Shown here: in pieces, positions 48,480 through 61,707 of the stretch
Position numbering within the stretch: the first letter of the stretch is position 1
Layout of the letters: the number at the start of each line of letters is the position of its first letter
Assembly (NCBI GenBank): GCA_038087875.1
Contig: CM075992.1
Span: 11,410,001-11,474,000 of the forward strand
Length of the DNA: 64,000 nt
Direction: 5' to 3'
From: Malacoraja senta
Lineage: Eukaryota
Position numbers and translations under genes: made by a program
Notes under the pieces: generated by a model
What the model was told of the DNA's origin: nothing
Databases searched by the model: none
Seen by the model: the letters and a program-made list of their open reading frames with translations, nothing else

Positions 48480-49120
48480 AGCGTGTCATTTTGCATGTAA
48501 AACGTATCTCCTCGAAAACCAGATGCCAAAATGGGTACATTTTTACAAATTTCATTAGAGATTTTCCTCATGAATTTAGAAATCCACTCCACTGTATATT
48601 TGGCACATTATTTTCCTGACTTTTTTATTAAAATTGTTGACCAATCTGACCTTTTTTTTTAAAATCTGACCGCTGCCCAGCTGCTGACATTACAATAACA
48701 GTGAAACTTTTACATCTTCTGGTAGAAATTTTCCTTATGATTTCAAAAATCCAATCCTCTATCGATTTGGTCAATTATTTCCCGAGATATTTACTAACAT
48801 TTATAACCAAACTGACATTTTTTTTAAATATTAAGGTTGCCCAGCTGCTGATCTCACAATGCCTTTGCATCTGGCCCAACAGCCTCCTGGCCCCGCCCGG
48901 CCTTGCCCCTCCCCCCCCACCTGCCTCCCGGCCCCACCCCGCCCTCCATCCTGCCAGGTTGTTGATTCCATTGTTTTTCATTGAATTGAATTTAATCATT
49001 CCTCACTTAACATCACTAATACTTAACATTAACTTTTAATTTCAAAGGCAGTTTAAAAAAAAAAAATTGCTGTCTTCATTGACAGCTTAGATCGGACCTG
49101 CTGTGTGTGTGCGTGTGTGT
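48405..49120 (+). mobile_element. Possible non-autonomous Helitron-like element with (TG)n microsatellite
   Basis: tctatctatatac...aaaact(gt)n...atctcctcgaaaacc start and an internal duplicated module; no 3' CTAG end recognised. Confidence 0.35.
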
Positions 49121-49126
49121 GTGGAA

Positions 49127-49693
49127 GGGTGGGTGGCAGACAGGAAGCAAAGAGTAGGAGTAAACGGGTCCTTTTCAGAATGGCAGGCAGTGACTAGTGG
49201 GGTACGGCAAGACTCAGTGCTGGGACCCCAGCTATTTACAATATATATTAATTATTTGGATGAGGGAATTGAATGCAACATCTCCAAGTTTGCGGAAGAC
49301 ACGAAGCTGGGGGGAAGTGTTAGCTGTGAGGAGGGTGCTAGGACGCTGCAATATGACTTGGATAGGCTGGGTGAGTGGGCAAATGCATGGCAGATGCAGT
49401 ATAATGTGGGTAAATGTGAGGTTATCCACTTTGGTGGCAAAAACAGGAAAGTAGACTATTACTTGAATGGTGGCCGATTAGGAAAAGGGGAGATGCAACG
49501 AGACCTGGGTGTCATGGTACACCAGTCATTGAAAGTAGGCATGCAGGTGCAGCAGGCAGTGAAGAAAGTGAATGGTATGTTAGCATTCATAGCAAAAGGA
49601 TTTGAGTATAGGAGCAGGGAGGTTCTACTGCAGTTGTACAGGGTCTTGGTGAGACCACACCTGGAGTATTGCGTACAGTTTTGGTCTCCTAAT
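49127..49693 (+). mobile_element. CR1 RT fragment
   Basis: RKQRVGVNG..SEW..VTSGV.Q.SVLGP.LFTIYIN..KFAEDTK. Confidence 0.9.
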
Positions 49694-49694
49694 C

Positions 49695-49985
49695 TTTTTT
49701 TTTTTTTTTGTGATATAAATTTTTATTAGAAGCAAACATATTATAATGTAGAGTAACATATTATAATAGGAGAAGAAAAAACTTTTCATATACATCAATC
49801 ACTCATACATTATTAAATTTGTCAATTGTCAGTTAATTCTGCTTCTAGTGTTTTTTTTTAATATAGATAGAAAAAGAAAAATAGAGAGAAAGAAGAATTA
49901 CAATATCAAAAAAGAAAAAGAGGTGGAATGAATTACTTATAATACGTCATAGGAGATAAGTTCGTAGGTTTTGAAATATAATTAG
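49695..49985 (-). mobile_element. L1-like 3' UTR fragment with poly-A tail
   Basis: T15 on the + strand, aataaa upstream on the minus strand, composition like the L1 3' UTR at 42453-42860. Confidence 0.55.
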
Positions 49986-51074
49986 AGATTCAAAGAAGAG
50001 GAGGTGCGGACACTTTTGAAAAATATGAAAACGGATAAGTCTCCAGGTCCTGACAGGATATTCCCTAGGACATTGAGGGAAGTTAGTGTAGAAATAGCAG
50101 GGGCTATGACAGAAATATTTCAAATGTCATTAGAAACGGCAATAGTGCCGGAGGATTGGCGTACTGCGCATGTTGTTCCGTTGTTTAAAAAGGGTTCGAA
50201 GAGTAAACCTAGCAATTATAGACCTGTTAGTTTGACGTCAGTGGTGGGCAAATTAATGGAAAGGATACTTAAAGATAATATATATAAGCATCTGGATAAG
50301 CAGGGTCTGATTAGGAACAGTCAACATGGATTTGTGCCTGGAAGGTCATGCTTGACTAATCTTCTTGAATTTTTCGAAGAGGTTACTAGGGAAATTGATG
50401 AGGGTAAAGCAGTGGATGTTGTCTATATGGACTTCAGTAAGGCCTTTGACAAGGTTCCTCATGGAAGGTTGGTTAAGAAGATTCAATTGTTGGGTATTAA
50501 TGGTGGAGTAGCAAGATGGATTCAACAGTGGCTGAATGGGAGATGCCAGAGAGTAATGGTGGATGGCTGTTTGTCAGGTTGGAGGCCGGTGACTAGTGGG
50601 GTGCCTCAGGGGTCTGTGTTGGGTCCACTGTTGTTTGTCATGTACATCAATGATCTGGATGATGGTGTGGAAAATTGGATTATTAAGTATGCAGATGATA
50701 CTAAGATAGGTGGTGTTGTGGATAATGAAGTAGATTTTCAAAGTCTACAGAGAGATTTAGGTCATTTGGAAGAGTGGGCTCAAAGATGGCAGATGGAGTT
50801 TAATGCTGACAAATGTGAGGTGCTACATCTCGGAAGGACAAATCAAAATCGGACGTACACGGTAAATGGTAGCGAATTGAGGAATGCAGTTGAACAGAGG
50901 GATCTAGGAATAACTGTGCATAGTTCTCTGAAGGTGGAATCTCATGTAGATAGGGTGGTAAAGAAAGCTTTTGGTGTGCTGGCCTTTATAAATCAGAGCA
51001 TTGAATATAGAAGTTGGGATGTAATGTTAAAATTGTACAAGGCATTGGTGAGGCCAATTCTGGTGTATGGAGTA
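49986..51074 (+). mobile_element. CR1 RT core fragment (same subfamily as 60016-61705, opposite orientation)
   Basis: KSPGPD, NYRPVSLTS, YMDFSKAFDKVPH, GVPQGSVLGP, YADDTK. Confidence 0.95.
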
Positions 51075-51186
51075 CACTCTGTGGTTGGGGTGAGAGCAGT
51101 CCTTGGCGATGCTGAGCGCCCTTCGCAGACAACGCTTGCTTTGGACAGCCTCAATGGTGGGGAGTGAGGAACCGGTGATGTATTGG

Positions 51187-51816
51187 GAATGCCGCCATAT
51201 CCAGGAATGTCGTCATATCCGGATATGTCGTCATATCCAGGCACATCGTCATATCCGGGAAACTCGTCATATCCCAGTACGTCGCCATATCCGGGTTTGT
51301 CGTCATATCCGGGAATGTCATCATATCTGGGTATGTCGTCATATCCGGGAATGTTGTCATATCCGGGAATGTCGTCATATCCGGGTATGTCGTCATATCC
51401 GGGAATGTCGCCTTAACTGGGTATGTCGTCATGTCCGGGAATGTCGTCATATCCGGGAATGTCGTCATATCCGGGTATGTCGTCATATCTGGGAAACTCA
51501 TCATATCCCAGTACGTCGCCATATCCGGTTATGTCGTCATATCCGGGTATGTCGTCATATCCGGGAATGTCGTCATATCCCAGTACGTCGCCATATCCGG
51601 TTATGTCGTCATATCCGGGTATGTCGTCATATCCGGGAATGTCGTCATATCCGGGTATGTCGTCATATCCGGGAATGTCGTCATATCCGGGTATGTCGCC
51701 ATATCCGGGTATGTCGCCATATCCGGGAATGTCATCATATCCAGGAATGCCGCCATATCCGGGTATGTCGTTATATCCGGGTATGTCGTCATATCCAGGA
51801 ATGTCTTTATATTCGG
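51187..51816. repeat. 18-bp minisatellite, block 1 (ATGTCGTCATATCCGGGW, about 35 units)
   Basis: Directly visible tandem array. Confidence 0.97.
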
Positions 51817-52682
51817 TCCACCTGGGGCGCCGTCGAGTATGGCTGCCCTGCCAGCAGCTGTTAGTTTTTTCACCCTTTTTTTATTTTTAGTTAGTTGAAA
51901 GTGTTTGTTTTGGAGGTCTTTAGTCTTTTTATGTGGGGGGTGGGGGGTGGGGTTAGGGGGAAACTATTTTCTCAGTACCTACCTGGTCGGAGTTGCGGCT
52001 TTTCTCCGAGCCGTATCTTCGCCCCTTCCTCGCGGCCTACGGGCAGACTGGAGTGGCATTTTCCTGCCGGGACCAGCCAGGACTTCAGCTTCGGCGGCGG
52101 CGCAGCGCTGAAGTACCATCGCGGAGTGGGCGATGCCTAACCCGGGTCGCCGTGCAGTAAGCTCCGGAGTGCTGTGACAGCTGGCACCAACATCGCGAAG
52201 CTGCGGTCTGCGGTCTGCGGAGCTTCCAGCCGCGGGCGGCGCTGAGCTTGGAACACCGCGGAGCCTGGGATCTCACGACGAGGTCGCCAGAGTCGGAGCA
52301 TCGACCAGCGCGGCTCGTGGACTTCGGGAGCCGCGGTCTACTGGTAAGAGGCGGCCGCTCCAGACACTCCGGGCCGCTGAGAGTGTTCACCCGACGCCGG
52401 AGCTTCATCATCCGGCGAGAGGGCCTGAGGCATCGGGCTGCCGTATCGGCGACTGCAGAGGCCTCAATAGGCCCCGACTATGGGTGAACTGGGGATGGGA
52501 CTGGACTTTGCTGCCTTCTCCCACAGTGGGAACCATTGTGGGGGGATGTTTTTATGTTTATTGTTAAATTCTTTGGTGTAATCTTTATTTGTGTGCTGCA
52601 TGGCAAGTCAAATTTCACTGCACCAATTGGTGTATGTGACAATAAATGTCTATCTATCGATCTATCTATCTATCTATCTATC
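51817..52682 (+). mobile_element. GC-rich non-autonomous retroelement inserted in the minisatellite
   Basis: Homologous to 39375-40222; ends gtgacaataaatg plus (tatc)n. Confidence 0.8.
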
Positions 52683-52684
52683 AT

Positions 52685-53364
52685 ATGTCGTCATATCCGG
52701 GAATGTTGTCATATCCGGGTATGTCGTCATATCTGGGTATGTCGTCATATCCGGGTATGTCGTCATATCCGGGAATGTCGCCATATCCGGGTTTGTCGTC
52801 ATATCCGCGAATGTCGTCATATCCGGGTATGTCGCCATATCTGGGAATGTCGCCATATCCGGGAATGTCGCCATATCCGGGAATATCATATCCGGGTATG
52901 TCGCCATATCCGGGAATGTCGCCATATCCAGGAATGTCGCCATATCCAGGAATGTCGCCAAATCCGGGAATGCCACCAGAACCGGGTATGTCGTCATATC
53001 CGGGTATGTTGTCATATCAGGGAATGTCGTCATATCCGGGAATGTCGTCAAATCCAGGTATGTCGTCATATCCGGGTATATCGTCATATCCGGGAATGTC
53101 GTCATATCCGAGTATGTCTCCATATCAGGGAATGTCATCATATCCGGGAATGTCGTCATATCTGGGTATGTCGCCATATCCGGGAATGTCGCCATATCCG
53201 GGAATGTCGCCATATCCGGGAATGTCGCCAGATCCGGGTATGTCGTCATATCCAGGAATGTCGTCATATCCGGGTATGTCGCTATATCCGGGTATGTCAC
53301 CATATCCGGGTATGTCGTCATGTCCGGGTATGTCGTCATGTACGGGAATGTCGTCATATCCGGG
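52685..53364. repeat. 18-bp minisatellite, block 2 (about 38 units)
   Basis: Directly visible tandem array with the same unit. Confidence 0.97.
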
Positions 53365-56300
53365 AACAGGCTGCTGGAGGATCGGTGTTTCCGGGAGTCA
53401 TTCATCCGGTTTTGGGTGAAGTGGAGAGAGAGGCAAAGGTGCTTCTCTTCCCTTAGGCAGTGGTGGGATGTGGGGAAAGCTCACATCCGTCTCTTTTGTA
53501 AGGAATACACGTGGGGGTCGACCGGACGGCGGGACTCAGCGGTCGAGAGGCTTGAGAGGGAGCTAATGGACCCAGAAACTCTCCAGGGTCGGGTTGGTGA
53601 TGACTCCTGCAAATGGGGAGAGTTTCAGAAGAAGGAAGCCTTGAGGAACCTGCTGCTTGAGCGGTCTCGAGGTGATTACATGAGGTCGCGGGTCCAGATG
53701 CTGCACGATCTGGACTGAGCTTCACCTTTCTTTTTCTCTCTGGAGAAAGGACGGGGAGCCCGCAAGCAGCTCATAGAGCTGCTCGCAGATGATGGCTCCT
53801 CTGTCACTGATCCAGTGAAGATCAGTGCCTTGGTCAGGTCCTTTTATGGGTCCCTGTTCTCCGCAGGTGGTTTCAGCGGGGAGGCTCAGCAGGACTTGTG
53901 GGAGGGTCTACCAGCTGTGGATAGGGAGGTGGCCGATTTTTTTGATGGCCCCTTATCTTTGAAGGAGTTGACTCGTGCCCTGCATCAGCTCAGGAGGGGT
54001 AAGTCCCCCGGGCTGGATGGGTTGACGATAGAATTTATTAGAGCTTTCTGGGATATCCTGGGGGGTGATGGGGGAGAGCCTGGCGACCGGGGAGATGAGT
54101 TGGTTCTGGGGGAGAGCCTGGCGAATGGGGAGATGTTTCTCTTGTGGCGTAGGGCAGTTGCTGTCTTGCTGCCCAAGAAGGGCGAACTCTGCATGTTGAA
54201 GAACTGGCGCCCGGTCTCTCTCCTATGTAGAGTATAAAGTTTTTGCACGTGCGATGGCAAATCGCCTGGGCTCTGTGTTGTCTCAACTGATTCATCCTGA
54301 CCAGTCCTAGACAGTCCCTGGCCGGTCCATTCAGGATAACATCCACCTGGTTAGGGACCTGATTCATCTAGCCCAGGGTACTGGTCAGTCAGCTGCTTTT
54401 CTGTCTCTTGATCAGGAGAAGGCTTTTGATAGGGTAGAGCATGAATACCTCTTTGGGACGTTGCAAGCGTTCGGATGTGGACCGCATTTTGTGGCCTGGA
54501 TCCGGCTTTTGTACGCTGCAGTGGAGTGTTTTGTGAAGGTTAATGGTGTGTTGTTGGCTCCCTTTCATTTTGGGCGGGGGGTCTGTCAGGGGTGCCCCAT
54601 GTCTGGTCAGTTGTACTCGGTCTGTGTGGAGCCGTTCCTGTGTCTTCTTCGGAGGTGGTTGACAGGCCTGGCCCTACCTGGCCCGGATATGGAGGTGGTT
54701 CTTTTGGCGTATGCCGATGATGTACTGCTTATGTTCACTGATGATGGTGACCTGCGGAGGATGCGTGACTGCGAGAGGATTTTCTCGGCTGCATCTTCTG
54801 CCAGGGTTAACTGGAGTAAGTGCTCTGGACTTTTAGTGGGTCAGTGGCAGGTAGACTCCCTGCCGGAGGAGATGACAATGTATGCGTGGAGCACCACGCA
54901 CCTCCTCTATCTGCGGGTGTACCTGAGTCCCACTGAGGATGCTTGGCCGGCAAACTGGCAGAAGTTGGATATGAAAGTGGTTGCCCGGCTGGGGCGCTGG
55001 TCAGGCCTGCTTGGAGTTCTTTCCTTTCAGGGGAGGGTGTTGGTCATAAACCAGCTGGTGGCCTCCATGTTATGGTACCGGCTGGCTACTCTTGTCCCGC
55101 CTTCCATATTTGTAACTGCTTTACAGAAGAAGCTGGTAGATTTCATTTTGGGAAATAAGAAGCACTGGGGTTCCGCAGTGGTTCTGAGTCTCCCGTTAGA
55201 GGAGGTCGGCCTGTCCTTGGGATGCGTGCGTACCCAGGTGGCGGCTCTCCGTCTCAGGACTCTGCGGAGGTATATGTATGTAGAGAAACCCCCCAGATGG
55301 CACGCTCTGGCCACGTATTTTTTCCGTCGGGGTCATTGCCTAAGGGGGGTCTCGCGGCTCCCGGTGGCGGGCATCAGTCGACCCACCCTAAGGGGCTTGC
55401 CTGTTTTCTACCGGGATGTGCTAAAAGTCAGGAATTTGGTTGTTTTCAGCCAGCGTGTTGCTCAATGAGGGGAGAGGGATGTTGCGGCTGCGGGAGTGGC
55501 CGGTCCTCACCCTGTCATGGCGGGTGTCGAGGAGAGGCGCGCACCTAGAGTGGTTCTGACTGAGCTCTCACATGCTCCGTCAGATCTGTTCATCAGGCCT
55601 AGGCTCCGGGATATTTCTCGGGCACCGGCTCCACACAACCTGAGCCGCCTTTCTGAGATGACCAGCATGCCATTTCGTGATGCGAAGAGACGCGCACTGT
55701 ACAGAATGTTCCTGCATATTCTGCACCTCCTTGCCTTCGTCTCCCGTCCTGACACACCATGGCAGACAGTGTTACCACCCGATGGCGGGGGAGGTCCCCA
55801 GTGGGGTTCCCTCTACAAGGCAGTTGTCCCCCTTTACATTGGGGACCTGTGGTGGAGAGTGTGCACAGAGCGGTGGTGTGTAATAAACTTTTGAGTCGGT
55901 TCTCGGGCTCGTCCGCCGCATGTATTTTCTGCGGTGAGGAGGAGACCGTGTTCCACGCGTATATGGAGTGTAAGAGGTTACTGCCCCTGTACCAATATCT
56001 GAAGGGGTTGTTCCTCAAGTTCTGGTTGCATTTTAGTCCCACGATTCTAGTGTTTGGACATAAGGCACGGAGTAAGGAGAGCCGACCAGGGGGGGTGGGA
56101 CTTCCCTGTCGGTTTGCTCCTGGGCCTGGCCAAGATGGCCATTCGCGGGTCCAGGCAGCGGGCGGTCGATGGTCAGGCTAGAGTCGGCTGCCTGCCCCTC
56201 TTTTGGGCCTACGTCCATGCACGTGTGTCCCTGGAGAGGGAACACGCGGTGTCCACGGGGACTTTGGTGGCCTTCCGTGGGTGCTGGTGACCGCGTGGGG

Positions 56301-56522
56301 TTGAGACTATTGTAAACAATGAATGCACTGTTGTACTATAATGATTATTTGTTATAGTGTAATTTCTGATTATGTTTTGATGTGTTGTATCATATGACTG
56401 TCGAATAAAGTTTTTGAAAAGGAAAAAAAAAAGAGAGTCCATCCTCATTCCTGTTCTAATCAAGAGTTTGGGTTGTTGCTTAAATCATAACACTAGTGTT
56501 TTGAGAATTTGAAAGTTTGCAC

Positions 56523-57900
56523 CTTAAGACTTGGCTGGACTTAGACTTGGGCTTAGTTCCTCCCACACTGTTGAGTGCATTGGTCAGCAAGCTTTCGCCA
56601 TTCTGTTCGGTCATGTGCAACGTCTTCCACCCTCGATAGGTTAGCATCCCGGGCTTCCAAATCCTTCTGGTATTTTCGACTCCATGTGAGTTTTGGTCGG
56701 CCTCTTTTCCTTCTTCTGTCAGCTTGCCATATCATTGCTACCTTAGGTGCATGTTCTGGTGACATTCTGAGTACATGTCCTACAAATTTCATCCTGCGTC
56801 CCTCTATGTAGGTATGTTACGAAACTTACCTTCAGCGGCGCTGCAGTTCTGCCACTGGCCGTGTGCGTGACTTTGGCGCCTTTGAGAGGGGGGCGGGATT
56901 AAAATGCCGTTTTCACCTGCCTGTCGGAGTCGATCTTTCTCAGGCTGTTCAGCTGCTGCAGAAAATTCGCTCTGACATCCGTTCTCTGAAGTTTTTGAAA
57001 AACATCGCTGGACAATTTAATCGCAGGAGTAAAATAAAAATCTACATCTTACGCCGTCAAGGCCGACAACGGGACGGATCTCCCGTATGGGTCAAAACAT
57101 AAGGTAAGCCGTTTATTTTACATATAAACTTGCTTCTTAGGATTACTTTAATCCAAATTTCATCTGCAAAAAGGTGATTTAGGCCCCATACGAACCGGCA
57201 ATATTTTTCCTGCCGATATGGGGTTTAAATTCACCGCAAAGTTCCAAACGATCGCATTCCACAAAATCCCACTTGCAAGATGATTTAAATAGCCATTAAT
57301 TTACGGGAATTAAACACTAAATTCCTTCCATTTGGCCTATAAATTCATGACGAGATTTAAAAATCATGTTATATTGTGAATTATTGTGTGAATGTTATTT
57401 GGACACCTAGGCTATTTAAAAATGTTAACATTTTCTTAAGAAATGGATAGATGTTTAGATCTAGTAATTGAATTTTGCAATTAGCTACAATTAGGTAACT
57501 AACTAATTATATGCTTTAATTTCAGGTCATCCAAGTAAGATTGTTTCATATTTGTTTCAGAATGCTTCAATCTATAACAACTGATGATTTCATTCCGTTC
57601 TCTTAATTTTTAAGAAAGTTATGTGCTTTTGACTGTCCTCGATCACACCTTTTGAGTTAAGTCGATGGAAAAGCAGTATGGAACAAGATGCTAATTTCAG
57701 AGTATGAACATGGCCATAACTTTTTTAATACTGAAGATATGAAAGTGAATTAGGTGTCTAATTAAACTTCGTTTTATGCTTTATCTGATGGGATAAATTG
57801 CAGACTTGATTTTTAAAATCTCAAAATGTTGTAACATTGCTACTCTATGTCCTGGCTGAGAGGCTTTGTTGCAGTATCCCAGTAGACAAATGCATTCTCG
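56523..57900 (-). mobile_element. RTE-clade LINE 3' fragment, split by a TIR element
   Basis: Rejoined frame PLSQDIEGRRMKFVGHVLRM...RKRGRPKLTW...AHDRTEWR. Confidence 0.8.
56809..57842. mobile_element. Non-autonomous TIR DNA transposon (TAG...CTA ends, 7-bp TSD)
   Basis: TIR taggtatgttac / tagcaatgttac (10/12); TSD ctctatg at 56802-56808 and 57843-57849. Confidence 0.8.
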
Positions 57901-58211
57901 GTGTCTTTCCTTTGAGAACCACCAACTTACAAGAGATACAGCTGTATCAATTGCTGAAATGAAGTATGGGAAATCAGTGATGCCATTGCCAGCATAAATA
58001 TTGACTGGGAATTAATTAATTAAAATGTTAAAATTATTAAAAATATGTATATTTTTGTCTTTGTAAACGCAGTGGAAAGGAAGAAATGAATAAACCAAAC
58101 ACAAGTAGAATATTGAAAATCATGAACTTGGTGGGTAGTGATATAACCATATAACAATTACAGCACGGAAACAGGCCATCTCGGCCCTTCTAGTCCGTGC
58201 CGAACACTTAC

Positions 58212-60015
58212 TGTAGATTGATTGATTACAAAATTCTTAAGGGGTTGGACAGGCTAGATGCAGGAAGATTGTTCCCGATGTTGGGGAAGTCCAGGACAAG
58301 GGGTCACAGTTTAAGGATAAAGGGGAAATCTTTTAGGACCGAGATGAGAAAAACATTTTTCACACAGAGAGTGGTGAATTTCTGGAATTCTCTGCCACAG
58401 AAGGTAGTTGAGGCCAGTTCATTGGCTATATTTAAGAGGGAGTTAGATGTGACCCTTGTGGCTAAAGGGATCAGGGGGTATGGAGAGAAAGCAGGTACAG
58501 GATACTGAGTTGGATGATCAGCCATGATCATATTGAATGGCGGTGCAGGCTCGAAGGGCACCTATTTTCTCCTGCACCTATTTTCTATGTTTCTATGATT
58601 GTGCATGTTAATCATTACGCTGAGGACCGTAAAATTTTCCTGCTCGTAGGGATGTCGTTCGCAAGATGCTCAAGGTGCACGAGAGAGAGTGTCCGCAACG
58701 TGCATGTCCTTACCCTTTTTGTAGGTAATAGAGAAGTCGAAGCGCTGCAGCTGCAGGCGAGCTGGTGCGGCGTGGATGGGCTTGTTCAGGATTGTTACCA
58801 GTGGCTGGTGGTCCGTCTCGACCGTGAAAGTGTTCCCAATGATGAAGTCACTGAATTTGGAGCAGGCAAAGACGACAGCCAGCAGCTCCTTCTCGATCTG
58901 CGCGTAGCGCTGCCATGGTGCGAGAGGCATACGGGACAGGTAGCAGAGTACCATCGGCAGATGGTTGTACGCAGGCTGCGCCGAGCCCAAATCGTGAGGC
59001 AACGCAGGTGATCGTCACCGGGCGTTTCAAATCGAAAAATGTCAGGGTCGGTGCGCTGGTCAGTTTAGACTTTAAAGCGTCAAACGCAATCGGATGCTGC
59101 TGGAACCACGACCAGGCAGTGTCCTTTTTAGTCAACCGAGATAGTTTACCATGCCCAGGAAACGCTGCAGGCCGTGCACGTCTGTGGGGGCAGGCATTTC
59201 CGTAAGGGCAGCGGATCAGGTTTGAGGCCGTCGGGAGTGAAAACGTGGCCGACGTAGGAGACCTCTGATTTTTTTTGTGTGATCCATACGACAGATACAG
59301 CAAACCACTTAGGCCTCTACTGCCGGGCCAGGTAGTCCGTTTACAAACCTCAACTGGACATTCCCGTCTGGGCACCATTGTTAACCTGGCTGATGAACCA
59401 CGATCCTATCTTGTGGACTGTGAGGGAGCGGTATACCAGAGAAATCGACAACACCTGCTTGCTGTGCGGGAACTTCGTCCACCACCAGCCAGTCCTTATG
59501 CTCCACCGCTCCAGTTCCAGCTGCCCGCTGGCATGTCCCCGCATGCCTTGCACCCCTCCACGTCCCGCGGTCGTGACTAACCACGGGGCCTCCCCTCCTG
59601 CATGTTTCCCTTTTCGGTCACCACAAGCCTCTCCCGCGCCATTCTCGCCTCCGGGTTCTCCGCCTCGTCTTTCAGGAGAGGGAGGAGAGGGTTTGGTCCG
59701 CACGCGCTCGGGCCGTGTCAGTAGACCGCCAGATAGATATGGCGAGTATGTTTAACTCCATGGCATGGATGCCCTTTTACACTTAGTCTTTCGGGGGAAG
59801 GATGTAGATTGATTGTGCATGTTAACCAATCACATATAGTTCGCATCACTAACCCCACCCCACTATAACGTTTATATTAAAACTTGCTTCTGGCACTACT
59901 CAGTTCGAGCAGCAGTTGGCCTGTTCTGACATCTAACCATCCTTTATGCTGTTAACGTTTATATGCTGATTAAAGATGATTTTGGATCACATAGCGTGTC
60001 TGGAGTCTGTCTACA
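58212..60015 (+). mobile_element. Internally deleted and rearranged Gypsy-type LTR retrotransposon
   Basis: TGTAG...CTACA ends; TSD cttac at 58207-58211 and 60016-60020; PPT gggggaagga before the 3' LTR (59803-60015); RNase H (YAQIEKELLAV..ETDHQPL..ADTLSR) on the minus strand and integrase C-terminus on the plus strand. Confidence 0.88.
58226..58596 (+). mobile_element. CR1 3' fragment inserted in the 5' LTR
   Basis: YKILKGLDRLDAG..TRGHSL motif, 3' UTR and tttctatg tail; LTR sequence resumes at about 58597. Confidence 0.85.
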
Positions 60016-61705
60016 CTTACTCTCACCTAGTCCCATCTACCTGCACTCAGACCATAACCCTCCATTCCTTTCCCGTCCATATACCTATCCAATTTATTTT
60101 TAAATGATAAAAACAAACCTGCCTTCACCACTTCCTCTGGAAGCTCATTCCACACAGCTACCACTCTCTAAAGAAGTTCCCCCTCATGTTGCCCCTAAAC
60201 TTTTGTCCATTAATTCTCAAATCATGTCCCTCTTGTTTTAAATCTTCCCTACTCTCAATGGAAAAAGCTTATCCATGTCAACTCTGTCTATCCCTCTCAT
60301 AATTTTAAAGACCTCTATCAAGTCCCCCTTAACCTTCTGCGCTCCAAAGAATAAAGACCTATCTTGTTCAAACTTTCTCTGTAACCTGGGTGCTGAAACC
60401 CAGGCAACATTCTAGTAAATCTCCTCTGTACTCTCTCTATTTTGTTGACATCGTTCCTATAATTTGGCGACCAGAATTGTACACCATATTCCAGAATTGG
60501 CCTCACCAATGCCTTGTACTATTTTAACATTACATCCCAACTTCTATACTCAATGCTCTGATTGATAAAGGGCAGCATACCAAAAGCTTTCTTTACCACC
60601 CTATCTACATGAGATTCCACCTTCAGGGAACTATGCACAGTTATACCTAGATCCCTCTGTTCAACTGCATTCCTCAATTCGCTACCATTTACTATGTACG
60701 TCCTATTTTGATTTGTCCTGCCAAGATGTAGCACCTCACACTTATCAGCATTAAACTCCATCAGCCATCTTTCAGCCCACTCTTCCAAATGGCCTAAATC
60801 TCTCTGTAGACTTTGAAAATCTACTTCATTATCCACAACACCACCTATCTTAGTATCATCTGCATACTTACTAATCCAATTTACCACACCATCATCCAGA
60901 TCATTGATGTATATGACAAACAACACAGATCCCTGAGGCACCGCACTAGTCACCGGCCTCCAACCTGACAAACGGTTATCCACCATTACTCTCTGGCATC
61001 TCCCATTCAGCCACTGTTGAATCGATCTTGCTACTCCACTATTAATACCCAACAATTGAATCTTCTTAACCAACCTTCCATGTGGAACCTTGTCAAAGGC
61101 CTTAGTGAAGTCCATATAGACAACATCCACCGCTTTACCCTCATCAATTTCCTTAGTAACCTCTTTAAAAAATTCAAAAAGATTAGTCAAACATGACCTT
61201 CCAGGCACAAATCCTTGTTGTCTGTTCCTAAGCAAACCCTGATTATCCAGATGATTATATATATTATCTCTGTATCCTTTTCATTAATTTGCCCACCACT
61301 GACGTCAAACTAACAGGTCTATAATTGCTAGGTTTACTCTTAGAACCCTTTTTAAACAATGGAACAACATGCGCACTACGCCAATCCTCCGGCACCATTC
61401 CCGTTTCTAATTACATTTGAAATATTTCTGTCATAGCCCCTGCTATTTCTACACTAACTTCCCTCAATGTCCTAGGGAATATCCTGTCTGGACCTGGAGA
61501 CTTATCCACTTTTATATTTTTCAAAAGTGTCAGTACTTCTCTTCTTTGATTCCTCATAGTTTCCATTGCTACTCTACTTGTTTCCTTTACTTCACATAAT
61601 TCAATATCCTTCTCCTTGGTGAATACCGAAGAAAGGAAATTGTTCAATATCTCCCCCATCTCTTTTGGCTCTGCAGATAGCTGTCCACTCTGACTCTCTA
61701 ATGGA
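60016..61705 (-). mobile_element. CR1 LINE (its 3' tail is at about 58140-58211, displaced by the Gypsy insertion)
   Basis: RT motifs in ORFs 61411-61659, 60519-61235 and 60318-60509. Confidence 0.93.
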
Positions 61706-61707
61706 CT

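Larger units (their letters stand above)
51075..56432 (+). mobile_element. Degenerate Tx1-clade (L1 group) LINE ORF2, interrupted by minisatellite and SINE-like insert
   Basis: PFAD(H)..YW before the array and NRLLED..WWDVGK.H after it; KSPGLDGL, NWRPVSLL, SLDQEKAFDRV, QGCPMSGQLY, YADD, CIFCGEEETVFHAYMEC; A-tail at 56417-56432; several stops and frameshifts. Confidence 0.92.

Noticed and set aside
51103..53718. Repeat proteins (MSSYPG)n, (CRHIRE)n, (VVISGN)n, or a CRISPR-like array
   Set aside because: This is a head-to-tail 18-bp array with no spacers and no cas genes in a vertebrate context. The ORFs are a by-product of a stop-free unit inside a dead LINE.
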